Shown: positions 23,203 through 36,266 of the stretch, one piece after another
Layout of the letters: each line of letters begins with the position of its first letter
Position numbering within the stretch: position 1 is the first letter of the stretch
Assembly: GCA_001724265.1 (NCBI GenBank)
Contig: MEDY01000095.1
Location: 62,001-102,933 of the forward strand
Source of the DNA: Rhizaria sp. SCN 62-66
Lineage: Eukaryota
Direction of reading: 5' to 3'
Length of the DNA: 40,933 nt
The notes under the pieces: generated by a model
What the model was told of the DNA's origin: nothing
Databases searched by the model: none
The model's input: only the letters and a program-made list of their open reading frames with translations
Position numbers and translations under genes: made by a program

Positions 23203-24022
23203 GGCGCTCCGCAAAGGGGGAGCTTCGCAGGGGAAGCGGGGTGCTGGGGGCGAAAGCGTTAGACAGTCGCAATGGCAGCCAGTGAAGTCGTAGAGCACTG
23301 CAGCAGACGTGACTAGGAAGGATGGCGTTCAAATAACGTGCATATACCGTGAGAAAAATATCGTGAGGAGGTACGATGGCTCCGATGCAGCCAGCGACGG
23401 CTAAAATCAGCTTCAACTAACGAGTACGAGTGAAATTGATCGTTAATTCGAATGTAGAAAAGATGCGATAAAGAGTAATGCACGTATAATATAATATCAT
23501 TTTGAGGTTTGACTCGTCTGTCATATATGACTCTCTAATCATGCAACACGAAAGCAGACCACGACCGCCCCTTGGCTCCCAGTCCGTTGAGCGCGGAGAT
23601 TCGACTATACAAGCTATACCTCAAGATCATTTCATGTTATGAACTCAAAACCATCACATACCATATTTACATACAGATTGTATAAGGCGTCTTTATTAAA
23701 TCCATCGAATCATGCATTCTGACGGGTATCCCGTTGGATTTGTTCATACCATCACTTGATGACATGGGTCTTGCAACGCATTAAGAAGCATATCGAGCAA
23801 GCGACATGCACAGCCCATCTTGATTCCACCCTACCACCACTGCACCACATGGCCATCGCAGGGGCCTCGTTTCAACTCAATAAAATACGTTTCAGCCCCC
23901 TTCCAGCCCCGAACAAGTTGCATACGCAATACACCCTGCACATCAAAGTAACACTGCGCCAGCAGCGTGCCCTGTATGTGCCACCCATACGCTACCCAGT
24001 GGCTGCACCACAGGCGGCGCAC

Positions 24023-24422
24023 TCAGGCAATGTCGTCGTCGTGGCGCTTGGGCAGCAGCTTGGCCGAGTCCTGGTTGGCCTCGGCGGCGGCCACGACCTC
24101 CTGCTTGGGCACGCCGAACTGGCGCATGAATGACACGGCCTCCATGTCCAGTGGCGCGCCCGCGGCCTGCTGCGCCTTCACGTAGCGCCTGCAGAGGGAC
24201 CAATGTGAAACCCAAATAGAGAAAAATGTGAAGAGTTGAGGGAGTGAGCGAGCGATGCAAGGGACGGCGATGCAAGTGAGGGCTATATAAGCTGTACGAG
24301 ATGGTAATAGAACGAGGGAGCGTAACGTACAGCTCTTGGATGATGGGCCAGAAGATATAGGCCGAGGAGGCAATGCCGGCGACGACGCCGACGAGCGGGA
24401 GCTTGAGGCCGCGCAGAGACAT
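24023..24422 (-). CDS. PIGBOS1-like single-TM microprotein (85 aa), 2 exons (24422-24331, 24188-24023)
   Basis: Spliced product MSLRGLKLPLVGVVAGIASSAYIFWPIIQELRYVKAQQ...; phase-2 GTACGT..CAG intron. GIxxxxYIFxP resembles PIGBOS1 as remembered. Stop TGA. Confidence 0.65.
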
Positions 24423-24753
24423 GTGGGGCTGCGAACAGAAGAGTGCGTGCGATGAAATGAGGACCATGAGAGGTATAATATAAGAAGAATGTTTAATATG
24501 GAGTTGAGACTTTGTTCTATTGATCGTTGTCCAACTGACGGTCACAGTCCTTCACACAACTGTGTTTCGGATGGCGCTTTCGCCATGAGCGCCTCCTTGC
24601 TCTCCGCAACTGCCAACATTTCCTGTCCATTCACGTTCAAACAACTGCTGTTAGAATCAACACTTGCAAATTATATGTCTCTCACAGTAGCGCACGACCC
24701 ACTGATGTGTTATTGTCCAAAGCGTGCTTCATACCTTCTAGAACCGCTTCAAA

Positions 24754-25345
24754 ATGCCGCTCGACGACCCGTTGCTGTGCGACTTCCCGAGCGTGGTGCT
24801 GCAGGACGGCGTGGGCAAGTACGTCCAGATCGAGCTGCGCAACCCGTCGACGAGCAAGGAGCGCCTTGTGATCCGCCACGACGTCGAGAGCGACTTCCAC
24901 ATCGAGGTCGCAGAGAAGACGGTGCGCGAGGCAGAGTTTAAGGTGCGTGACATTGAAACACATAAACTGCGATTTGACAACATATATCTGAGAGAATTAC
25001 CTATTTTCCCGATATAACGAGTACATATGAAAATTCCATGCTACATCCGTGTTTTATGCATAAGAGCAGCAACTATCATTGTCAAATTAATGTTTTAAAT
25101 CAAACTCACATTTTCACTCCGCTACCTTGACCTTATTGCGCCACTAAACGCTCACGCAGGGTCTCGCTGTCTCAATCCCCGGCGGCGGTCGCATCTCGGT
25201 CACGGGTCTTGACACAGACGCGCCGAAGATCGTGATTTACGGTTACTCGATGCAGTTCGGCCGCGCCGACCACGAGCTCACACAGGGCTTTATCCAGGAG
25301 GCATATCCTAAGGCTGAGGTGACTTGGACCAACAAGGGCTACTGA
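24754..25345 (+). CDS. PHPT1: 14-kDa phosphohistidine phosphatase (Janus/Ocnus family), 124 aa, 2 exons (24754-24942, 25160-25345)
   Basis: G.GKYVQI, FH (catalytic His position), GGGRI, IVIYGYSMQFGRADH and YP..EVTWTNKGY*. GT-AG phase-0 intron; stop TGA. Confidence 0.93.
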
Positions 25346-25826
25346 GCGCTTGGTAGAGCGTCTTTGTGTACACACTATAGTCGCGCAGTGATGCGTTGCT
25401 GCGCTTGTTGATATCAGTTTCGAGGTCAGTTACTTGATGGCCGCAGTGACTTAACATGGTATATCGTCATATGAAGGTATAAATACATTTCCGGTAAATT
25501 AAAATGCAAGTCCAGCGAGATAACCACTTTTCAGCTTCATAAACCTTCACATCTGCGCTTATATCAAGTCCAAACGTAGATTTTGTGACTGTGAAGCTTT
25601 GCAAAGCCAATGAAGGCCGCGACAAGTATGCAATCTTCACGTCTCTAATGCGCCGTCAGAAGTCCGTCATTAGCCTCCGTGCTAATCCCTCGATTAGACA
25701 ACATTATAGAAATTACGATATATTTACGACACCTGCGATGAATTTGTTTTCACCCTTAATCGGTTCTGAATTCTAATCTCGCTTCTCAACCATGTGCTTT
25801 CGTCCCGTTGACCGCGCTTCCGCAGC

Positions 25827-28548
<2,722 letters not shown>

Positions 28549-29466
28549 CCGAGCACGGCCCACAGTCAATTAGACAAGCGTAAGTGAGCACGGTCACCGA
28601 GAGAGACGAGTGTGCCTGACGGTGTAAGGCGTGTTGCGAGTTGAGTTGCTGGGTTTTTAAGTCGAAGTCGAGTGGAGGTGTATTTAAATTTATGCATCGT
28701 TGCGTGAATGCGTGCTGTTGCTATTCATATTCATTGTGGTCAGTATGGTCATATTTTTATTACTACTTTATACAAACCAATCTTAATCATAACCATAACA
28801 AAGTCTATACGTTTTTGGAGTAAGTACATTCCTGTATTGAGTTGTGATTCCGATTTTGCTTAACGTTTAAAGCTTTGTCTGACACCGTGTGATTCACGAC
28901 ACTGACGTTTGACATCAGTCGATGTGAAGGAAAGAGCCAGAATGCCACTGGCGCGAAATTGCGTTGTGGTTATCATTCGCGACAGAACAGATAGCAAGGA
29001 CAATAGCGTGAAGACACATGGGACGACGGAAAAGCTTCCGACACACATTGTATGCGGACATAGACAGCGTGTGTGCGAAGCAAGAGTATCGCGAGCGTAA
29101 GAGACAACATCAAAGAACAGAACGACAAAAGATACAGAGGATCGAAGGCGCATATTAAAAAAGTGTTGTTGAACGGAAAACGTTGTTTGGTGGTTAGCGA
29201 GGAAAGCACGGGAAAGTTTGGTAGTGGGTTCTGTGCGACGAGCTAATCTGAAGTCACTCTTAGGAGCGACATCAAGTTGACTGTATCGCGGAAATCACAG
29301 CACAATGAAGTTTGGTTTGGTTTGGGTGAGGGCGCACACTGGTTTGGGGCGGGACTCACACTGTGTGCAGCGCGTGGCACGAAATACTCAGTGTTTATGG
29401 TGAGCATGTACGGTCCATACAAGCACGAGCACTATATGCAGTTAAATGAATCAAAACACCGCGTGT

Positions 29467-30384
29467 TTACTCAGACACTGACTCGTCGCTGTCAGCGTTG
29501 TCATGACCAGCGCCAGCGCCGGCACCCGTGGCGTCATTGCGGTGATCCTGTGCATTCGCGTTGTTGTTGCCTCCTTCGACGTCGCCGCGAGCGGGCACGA
29601 CCACGGAGGTGCGGTCAATCTCGTCGTCGCTGCCGTCGTGGCCACCGCGAGCGTCATTGTCGTTGCCGTTCTCGCGCTCGCGCTGGGCCGCGGCAGCCGT
29701 CTGCTCGCGCTGCATACGCTCAAGCGCCTGCGTGGCTTGCGTCAGCTGCTGCTCAATCATCTCGAGCTGCTGCGGGGTCAGCGCCTGGCCCCCGCCGCCC
29801 TGTTGGGTCAAGGAGAGGCGGAGCGTAAGCGTGGCAAAGTAGGACAGCACGGTGATAATCCAGACGATGATGACCATGGCGAGCGTGAAGAGGTACAAGT
29901 CGTTCTGGCACGCGTGGTGGTAGTAGCTCATCTTGTCCAGGAACACAGTACCGACAATGACCCAGGCGAGGCAGGCAGTGGAGAACAGGTAGCCGGTGTA
30001 AAGCGCAACCTTGGGCCGCAACGCAAACCAGCGCTTGAAGAGCTGGGTGATGAAGACCTGACCGGCGACGAGAGAGCCGTAGACGATGTTCCACAGGGCC
30101 AGGTCCTGCTCACAGTAGTCGGACCAAAACAGCCCGCCAACAATAAAGAAGGAGGCAATAAAGCCCAGGCTAATAAGCACGGAAAAGAGCATGCAACATA
30201 GCACGAATGCAACGCTCTGTAGGAGTTTGATATGTTGATGACAGTCGTCATATGGTGTCGCAAAAGGAGTAGCCAGAAAAAAGTGGTGTGTGGTGCGCGA
30301 AGATATTGGTGAGTTTTTCAGCAATAGATGATTGACAAGTGAGTCGCAACTTCACAGGGACAAAGACACTTGCTCAAAGGTCAT
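29467..30384 (-). CDS. Four-TM membrane protein, TMEM272-like; exons 30384-30370 (tentative) and 30216-29467
   Basis: Four hydrophobic helices with the C(EQD)LxxWxxxxG ... WVIVGTVF ... C...LY pattern, then an acidic tail; stop TAA. The short first exon MTFEQ is inferred from an in-phase GT..CAG. Confidence 0.7.
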
Positions 30385-31105
30385 GAGCGCTGCATCTTTG
30401 AGTCAACCCGAGGAAGATATATGTGGTAATCGTAAAAAAAGCATTTGGCACGCGAGCAAAAGAGGGGGATGGTTCTCAGTCAAGACGTACGCCGTTAGCC
30501 ATGGAGTGCGCTGCAGTGGAAAGCAAAATTCAAAGACAAAATATAAAGCGAAAATGGTTGGGTATCAAGATACATGTGCGAAACCGAGTTGAAATACCAA
30601 TTTTACACGTCAAATATGGTTTTTCTGCTGAACCAAGAAGCCGGCTTCGACACGAGCCGGACCATAACTCTGTCTGAGAATTTTGTGCAGAAGTCCTGTG
30701 ATGGAATAAAACAAGAATTAGTGAACACATCTATTACAAAGACTTAAGCGTGATTCAAACAACGCATCGCAATTACAGTGGCGTGAACTCGCATGAACTT
30801 GGTTGCCGCGTTTGGTTTCAGCCGGTTTGTCCGCTCCTCTCCGCTAACCGACACAACGAGTGGAGAGTATCAAAAAGTCACCTTTACCCATTTAAATCGA
30901 TGTGTTTTAGTCTCTCATGAAAATACAGTAATTTTAACGTAGTAAAATATGCAGTTCTCGATGAAAAGTGAGATATTATGTATTCTTGTGCGTGTGATGG
31001 TGACATTTGAGTTTTAAGTAGTTCTCACCACAAACGCGTTTTACGCTGCACCAAACCTCTATTTCGGTGATTCCAGCGCATATCCCGTCACTGGCTCATG
31101 CCGCT

Positions 31106-34100
31106 TTACTGCGCCTCGATGGGCGGCGTCGCGATGGTCAAGTCGGCGCTGCCGGCCTCCTCAGCCGTCGCGTCCTTGCCCTCGTCAAGCACACTCAGCG
31201 AGAGCGACTCTGCCAGCGATGCTTCCCCCTGCGGCTCACCGTGACTCTGCTGCTGCCGCTGCGCGTGCTCCGGCTCCAGCTCGTGGCCCTCGCCCTCAAC
31301 CTCGGTCTGCGGCTCGGCTTCGACGTCGTCTTCGTCGCCGCCCGCAGCGCCCACGGTCACCACGGCCTCGGTTGCACTGTACGCGTCGCCCGCCTCGGCC
31401 TTCCTGCCCTTGCGCTTGCCCACAGCTTTCTTGCCGCCGCCAGTGCCAGCCTTCTTGTGGCCGTCGCCGGGCGCCGAGGCCTTCTTGGAGCCAGCAGCGC
31501 CGCTACCGCCCTTGCTGCCGGCAGCGGCGCCACTAGACCTGCTCTTAGTACTCTTCGTCGCAGTCGCATTCACTTTACCTTTACGGCCAGTGCTAGCGGC
31601 GGCGGCGTTGCCTTCCGCAGCAGCGCCAGCTCCGTCGCTCGGAGCAGCGGCGGACTCGGCCGCAGTGAAGTGCAGCCCCGCCAGCGCGCCTTTGCCCCCG
31701 GCGCCCGCCGCTGCCGCAGCCGCCGCCGCCGCGCCCGAGTGGCCGTGGCCGTAGCTGCCTCTGACAGAGACCAGCGGCGCCAGCCCCAGACCCAGCCCGG
31801 CCGACAGCCGGCGCGCGAGCCCCAGCGGCGAGGCCAGCGCGCCGTCCGCCCCCGGTGCGAGCCCGTTGAGAGAGAGGCTGACGCCGCGCCCCAGCCCAGG
31901 AGCCAGCTGGCCGCCGCTCCCGCCGACGCCGCCGCCGGTGCCGTCGCCGCCGGCCTGGCTGGGCGTCGAGGAGCGCGGGCGCAGCAGCGCGGCGGCGGCG
32001 GCGCGGCGTAGCGCGCGGCCACGGGTGTCGTACGCTGTTAGCATCTGCTCCAGCCGGCCGCTGGCCAAGAGCGCGAACGATGCCTGCGTGAAGCCCGTGG
32101 CGGGGTCACCGGTCACCGCGCGCGTGGCCGCTGCGGCGGCGGCTGCGGCTGCTGCTGCGGCGGCGGCAGCGATGTCAGCAGGGGACATAACCGCGTTGCT
32201 GTTGCTGCTGTTGCTGTTTGCAATGGGGAAGCTGTGAGTGCGCGTGTGCGAGTGCGCCGAGTGATCGTGAGCAGCAGAGGTTCCAGCGGTCCCGGCGGCG
32301 CCGCGTGGCACGAGTGCATTGTAGCCCGAGTCGCCGTTGCTGCTATTGGCGTCGTCGTCCTCGTTATCTTCGCCGTCATCGCTGTGGCTGTAATGCCCGT
32401 GCCGGCCGCCGCCGCCGCTGCTGCTACTGAATGTAATACTGTCGGTGGTGCTACGACGGCCCCCCACCTGCTGCTGTTGTTGCTGCTGGTGCTGGTGCTG
32501 GAGCTGTTGCACGCCGCTCCGTCGCCAGCCCGCGCCGCTGTTGCAAACGTCATCAGCCGCGGCGGGCGCGGGGAGGCGGATGGAGACGCTATTGCCGAGC
32601 CCGTCGATGAGCGACACGTCTTCTGCGCCCTCCTCGATCACGAGCCCGGGGCCCGTGCTACCGGGCCGCCCCAGCGGAGGTGGTGGCTGCTGCTGCGGGT
32701 CAGAGGCGGGCATTGAGCGGCCGAATCTGCCTCTCGCACCGCCGCCGCCGCCACCGCCGTATGAGTCGCTGTCGCTATCGCCATCGCCGTCGTCATCAGC
32801 GGTCGAGGCGCCGCCGCCGGAGCCTCCCGCGGCGCTGAGCGCGCAGCGGCCCGACTGCGCGCGCGCCCGGTCGCGCTCGCGCTCGCGTTGACGACGCACC
32901 ACTGCGGCCGCCGCGGTCGCAGCCATGCGAGCCGCGCTGTCGCCCGCGCTGAGCGCCGCGACGGCCGCGCGCTTGGTCTCGGCGAGCCTGTCGACGGCGG
33001 CGCCCGCGAGCGAGGCGACGAGGTCAATCACGGCCGCCATTTCATCGGGTGTGTTGAGCGGCATCAACGGGCCCAGCAGCGACTTAACTTTGAGAAGGTC
33101 GCCCACGGTCACGAGCCCGTCGCCGTCGCGGTCCAGCGCGGCGAAGGGCGCGGCGACGGCCAGCTCTTCGGCCCACAGCGACTGGTGCGGCCGCAGCGCC
33201 ATCTGCGCCCAGAAGTCCTCCAGGTCGACGCGGCCGTCGCCGTTGGTGTCGAGCTCGGCCAGGATCGCCTGCAGGTCCACCTCGGGCAGTGCTTCCTCGC
33301 CGAAGAGAGAGAGGATGCGCTGCAGGTCGCTGGCCTGCAGGTACCGGCCGGAGTCCTCACGATCTTTGTGCCCGTGGCCGTGGCCGTGGCCGCCGCCGCC
33401 GCCGTTGTTGTTCTGCGCGTTGCGAGAGTTATTGCCGGAGCGACCGCCGCCGCCAGTGCCAGTGCCAGCGCCAGCGCCGCCGCGGCGGGCGCTGCTGTTG
33501 CCCGCAACGGGGTCGAGGCCGTCGTCGCTCTGGTGGCTCGGAGTGCGGCGGTGACCGCCGCGAATCACACGGCCTCCGGGTCCGCTCGTCGTGCCGGTGT
33601 TGTTATTGCTGATGTTGTTGGCGTTGCTGCTGTTTACGGAGCGCAGACGCCGCAGCCCCGCGGGCCCGATAGCGGAGCTCGCACTGGTCGGCGTCGGGAT
33701 GAGATCCCCGCCGGTGTAGTTCCCTCCCGGCGTCGCGCCGCCGCCGCCGTTGCCGCCGCTGTTGTTGTTCGGGAAGCCGAGATAGGGTGACCGGCCGGAG
33801 GGCGCGTGGGGCCGCTGCACCAGCACGGGCGTGTTCCCGCCCACGCCTATAGTACCACGGCGGGGGACCTTGGGCGACAGCGCGCTGAGGATGCCAGACT
33901 GGATGCCGCTGTCGCCAGTCGACCTGGCGCTGGCGCTCGCGCTAGACGCAGAGGACGACGACGCTGATGACGACGAGTCAAGCGGCATGCCGCCGTTGCT
34001 GCTGTTGTTGCTGCCTGCAGCGCCAACGGTGGCGCCGTTCGGCAGGACCAGAGTGACCGTGGGCGCGGGCGCGGGCGCCTGCGCGGTCTGCATCGCGCCC

Positions 34101-35857
34101 CCACTGCCCTCGCCATTGACCGTATCAGAACTGCCGTCTGCGTCACTATTGTTGTTGCTCCCCGCGTTGAGCGAGCGCGCCGCGGAGCCAGGGGATGCCC
34201 AGCCTGCGGGGCGCGGGAAAGGCGCGACGCCTGTCTGCGGCAGCGGGGCCTGCGGCGCGTGGCGCTGCAGCGACGCCAGCGTCGGCCTCGCCCAGGAGGG
34301 GCCCGACTCGACCGCCGCCGCCAGCGCAGCAGCCGCCACTGCATCAGCGTCAGCGGTGGCCTCACCTGTCGCACCTGCAGCACCTGTGGCGGCTGCGTTG
34401 ACGCTTACACTGGCACCGGGGACGAGTCCGAGCGAGGCGGCTGCGTGTGGCGGCAGCTCGCCCAGCGGAGTGTGCCACAGCGATGAGATCTGGCTCGGGG
34501 ACAGCCCGTCGAACCCGGCCTCCGGCAACGCGCCGACGCTCGTGGCCAGGAGCGCGGGCGCGCGCCGCACCGTCTCCAGCAGCAGCGACGGCGTCTGCTG
34601 CTGCTGCTGCTGCTGCGCGCTTGCAGCGGCAGCGGCGGCAGCCATGACGGCGACAGCCGGCCTCCCGCCCGCGCTCACCGCGTCGGCGTTACTGGGGTTC
34701 TGCGCCAGTGCTCTGATGAGCGCGTCCTCTTCCTGAGCCATGAATGAGTGTTTGCGCCCGCGTCCCCGGGGTCCTCCTGGCCCGCCGCGGCCGGCGCAAC
34801 CCGCGGAGCTGTCGCGGCGGCCGCGCAGGTGCAACGGCGTGCTGATGCGGTCCCGGTGGCCGTCGCTCTCGTCGCCGTCCGCGTCGTCATCGTCGTCGTC
34901 GCCTGCGTTGGCGGCGCGCGGCCGCAGCCCGCCGTCCTGGGCGGCGTAATGCAGCGCGCTAACCAAGTCCGCCATGCTCTGCACGGGACCAGAGCCGCGC
35001 CGCGCCGCCTGCAACAGCGACGACGACGACGATGACGACGACGAAAGACCGTTACTGCCGCCGGTGTCGCCCGCCGAGGCCGCGCCCGCGCCGCCGGCGG
35101 CCCCCGCGCCAACCGCGCCGTTGGTGGGCGTGCTGAGCGTGCCGACGGACTTGATCAGCGCGAAGAGCGCGTGCAGGTGCGCGAACTCGTCGTCCTGCCG
35201 CAGCAGCTCTGGGACGCGATCGCGGAAGCGGATGCCGCCTGGCGCGGGCCGGCCGCTGCGGGCAATGGCAAACGCCGCCGCAGAGGCCGACAGCGCGCCC
35301 GCGCCCGCCGCGCCGCCGGGGCCCGCGCCCGCGCCCGCGCCCGTCGCGGCCGCTGCTGCTGCTGCGGAAGTTGAGTTTGCTGAGGCAGGGTTGGAGGCCG
35401 AGCCGGGGAGCGCGGCGACGCTGCCGCGGCGGCCCCCGCGGCCAGCGCCGGGCACGGGGAAGAGGGAGAGCACCGTCTTGTTCTTCTGCCATGCCGGGTG
35501 GCCGCGCGCGATGTCGCCGGGCGTCAGCTGGGCGATGTTGCGGGCGCCGACGTCAGCGCCCGCGGCGACGAGCGCGGCAACCGCGGCCGAGGAGCGGCCG
35601 CAGAGCACCGCGTAGTGCAGCGCCGTGTTGTGGTAGCGGTCCGCCATCGAGGGCAGGTTGTGCGGCTCACGTGGGTAGAGCGGCAGCAGCAGCTGCAGCG
35701 CGGGCCAGTGACCGTGCATCGCCGCGAGCATCAGCGCCGTCTGCCGGTCGGCGTTGACTTCGGTCGCGACGTGCTTCGTGTGGCGCAGCTCCTGCTGCAG
35801 CTCCTTCACGCGGCCCTCCGCGGCCAGCGTGTGGAAACGCAGCGGCGTCGGCTGCAT
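31106..35857 (-). CDS. Ankyrin-repeat + EF-hand protein with long low-complexity linkers (1583 aa, intronless)
   Basis: N-terminal ankyrin motifs (QTALMLAAMHGH, NTALHYAVLCG, GADVGARN...TPGDIA). EF-hand loops DTNGDGRVDLEDF and DRDGDGLVTVGDL at ~33090-33250. Stop TAA. Confidence 0.88.
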   Translation of the reverse strand: MQPTPLRFHTLAAEGRVKELQQELRHTKHVATEVNADRQTALMLAAMHGHWPALQLLLPLYPREPHNLPSMADRYHNTALHYAVLCGRSSAAVAALVAAGADVGARNIAQLTPGDIARGHPAWQKNKTVLSLFPVPGAGRGGRRGSVAALPGSASNPASANSTSAAAAAAATGAGAGAGPGGAAGAGALSASAAAFAIARSGRPAPGGIRFRDRVPELLRQDDEFAHLHALFALIKSVGTLSTPTNGAVGAGAAGGAGAASAGDTGGSNGLSSSSSSSSSLLQAARRGSGPVQSMADLVSALHYAAQDGGLRPRAANAGDDDDDDADGDESDGHRDRISTPLHLRGRRDSSAGCAGRGGPGGPRGRGRKHSFMAQEEDALIRALAQNPSNADAVSAGGRPAVAVMAAAAAAASAQQQQQQQTPSLLLETVRRAPALLATSVGALPEAGFDGLSPSQISSLWHTPLGELPPHAAASLGLVPGASVSVNAAATGAAGATGEATADADAVAAAALAAAVESGPSWARPTLASLQRHAPQAPLPQTGVAPFPRPAGWASPGSAARSLNAGSNNNSDADGSSDTVNGEGSGGAMQTAQAPAPAPTVTLVLPNGATVGAAGSNNSSNGGMPLDSSSSASSSSASSASASARSTGDSGIQSGILSALSPKVPRRGTIGVGGNTPVLVQRPHAPSGRSPYLGFPNNNSGGNGGGGATPGGNYTGGDLIPTPTSASSAIGPAGLRRLRSVNSSNANNISNNNTGTTSGPGGRVIRGGHRRTPSHQSDDGLDPVAGNSSARRGGAGAGTGTGGGGRSGNNSRNAQNNNGGGGGHGHGHGHKDREDSGRYLQASDLQRILSLFGEEALPEVDLQAILAELDTNGDGRVDLEDFWAQMALRPHQSLWAEELAVAAPFAALDRDGDGLVTVGDLLKVKSLLGPLMPLNTPDEMAAVIDLVASLAGAAVDRLAETKRAAVAALSAGDSAARMAATAAAAVVRRQRERERDRARAQSGRCALSAAGGSGGGASTADDDGDGDSDSDSYGGGGGGGARGRFGRSMPASDPQQQPPPPLGRPGSTGPGLVIEEGAEDVSLIDGLGNSVSIRLPAPAAADDVCNSGAGWRRSGVQQLQHQHQQQQQQQVGGRRSTTDSITFSSSSGGGGRHGHYSHSDDGEDNEDDDANSSNGDSGYNALVPRGAAGTAGTSAAHDHSAHSHTRTHSFPIANSNSSNSNAVMSPADIAAAAAAAAAAAAAAATRAVTGDPATGFTQASFALLASGRLEQMLTAYDTRGRALRRAAAAALLRPRSSTPSQAGGDGTGGGVGGSGGQLAPGLGRGVSLSLNGLAPGADGALASPLGLARRLSAGLGLGLAPLVSVRGSYGHGHSGAAAAAAAAAGAGGKGALAGLHFTAAESAAAPSDGAGAAAEGNAAAASTGRKGKVNATATKSTKSRSSGAAAGSKGGSGAAGSKKASAPGDGHKKAGTGGGKKAVGKRKGRKAEAGDAYSATEAVVTVGAAGGDEDDVEAEPQTEVEGEGHELEPEHAQRQQQSHGEPQGEASLAESLSLSVLDEGKDATAEEAGSADLTIATPPIEAQ

Positions 35858-36266
35858 CGGGGCGCAAGGACGCGAGGGTCACAGGGGCGCGCGAACGGGG
35901 GCGCCAGAAGGGGAGGAACGAGCTGGTGTGTTTAGGGAAGGGAGTGAAGTTTGGGGAAAGCTGTAGGAACAAGAAGGCCATTTTGTGAGTTTTAATTTCA
36001 TAAAATGAATGATCCATACGAGATAAATACGGTACCATTAACTAGAGCAGGTGACACGGATTAAATCCGGCTTTCTGACGAGAAACGGTTGCTGCACCAC
36101 AGTCACATCGAGTCGAACCTTTTTGTGACCACCACTGACCGGGGGTCAAGTCCGTCAACTTCACATGTCTGCCGTGTCCCGCAACCACCGTAGTTTAGCA
36201 AACAGATAACTGTTCACAACTGCACGATTATTATATCATCAACATTTGTTATTATCTTTCCAGGAC

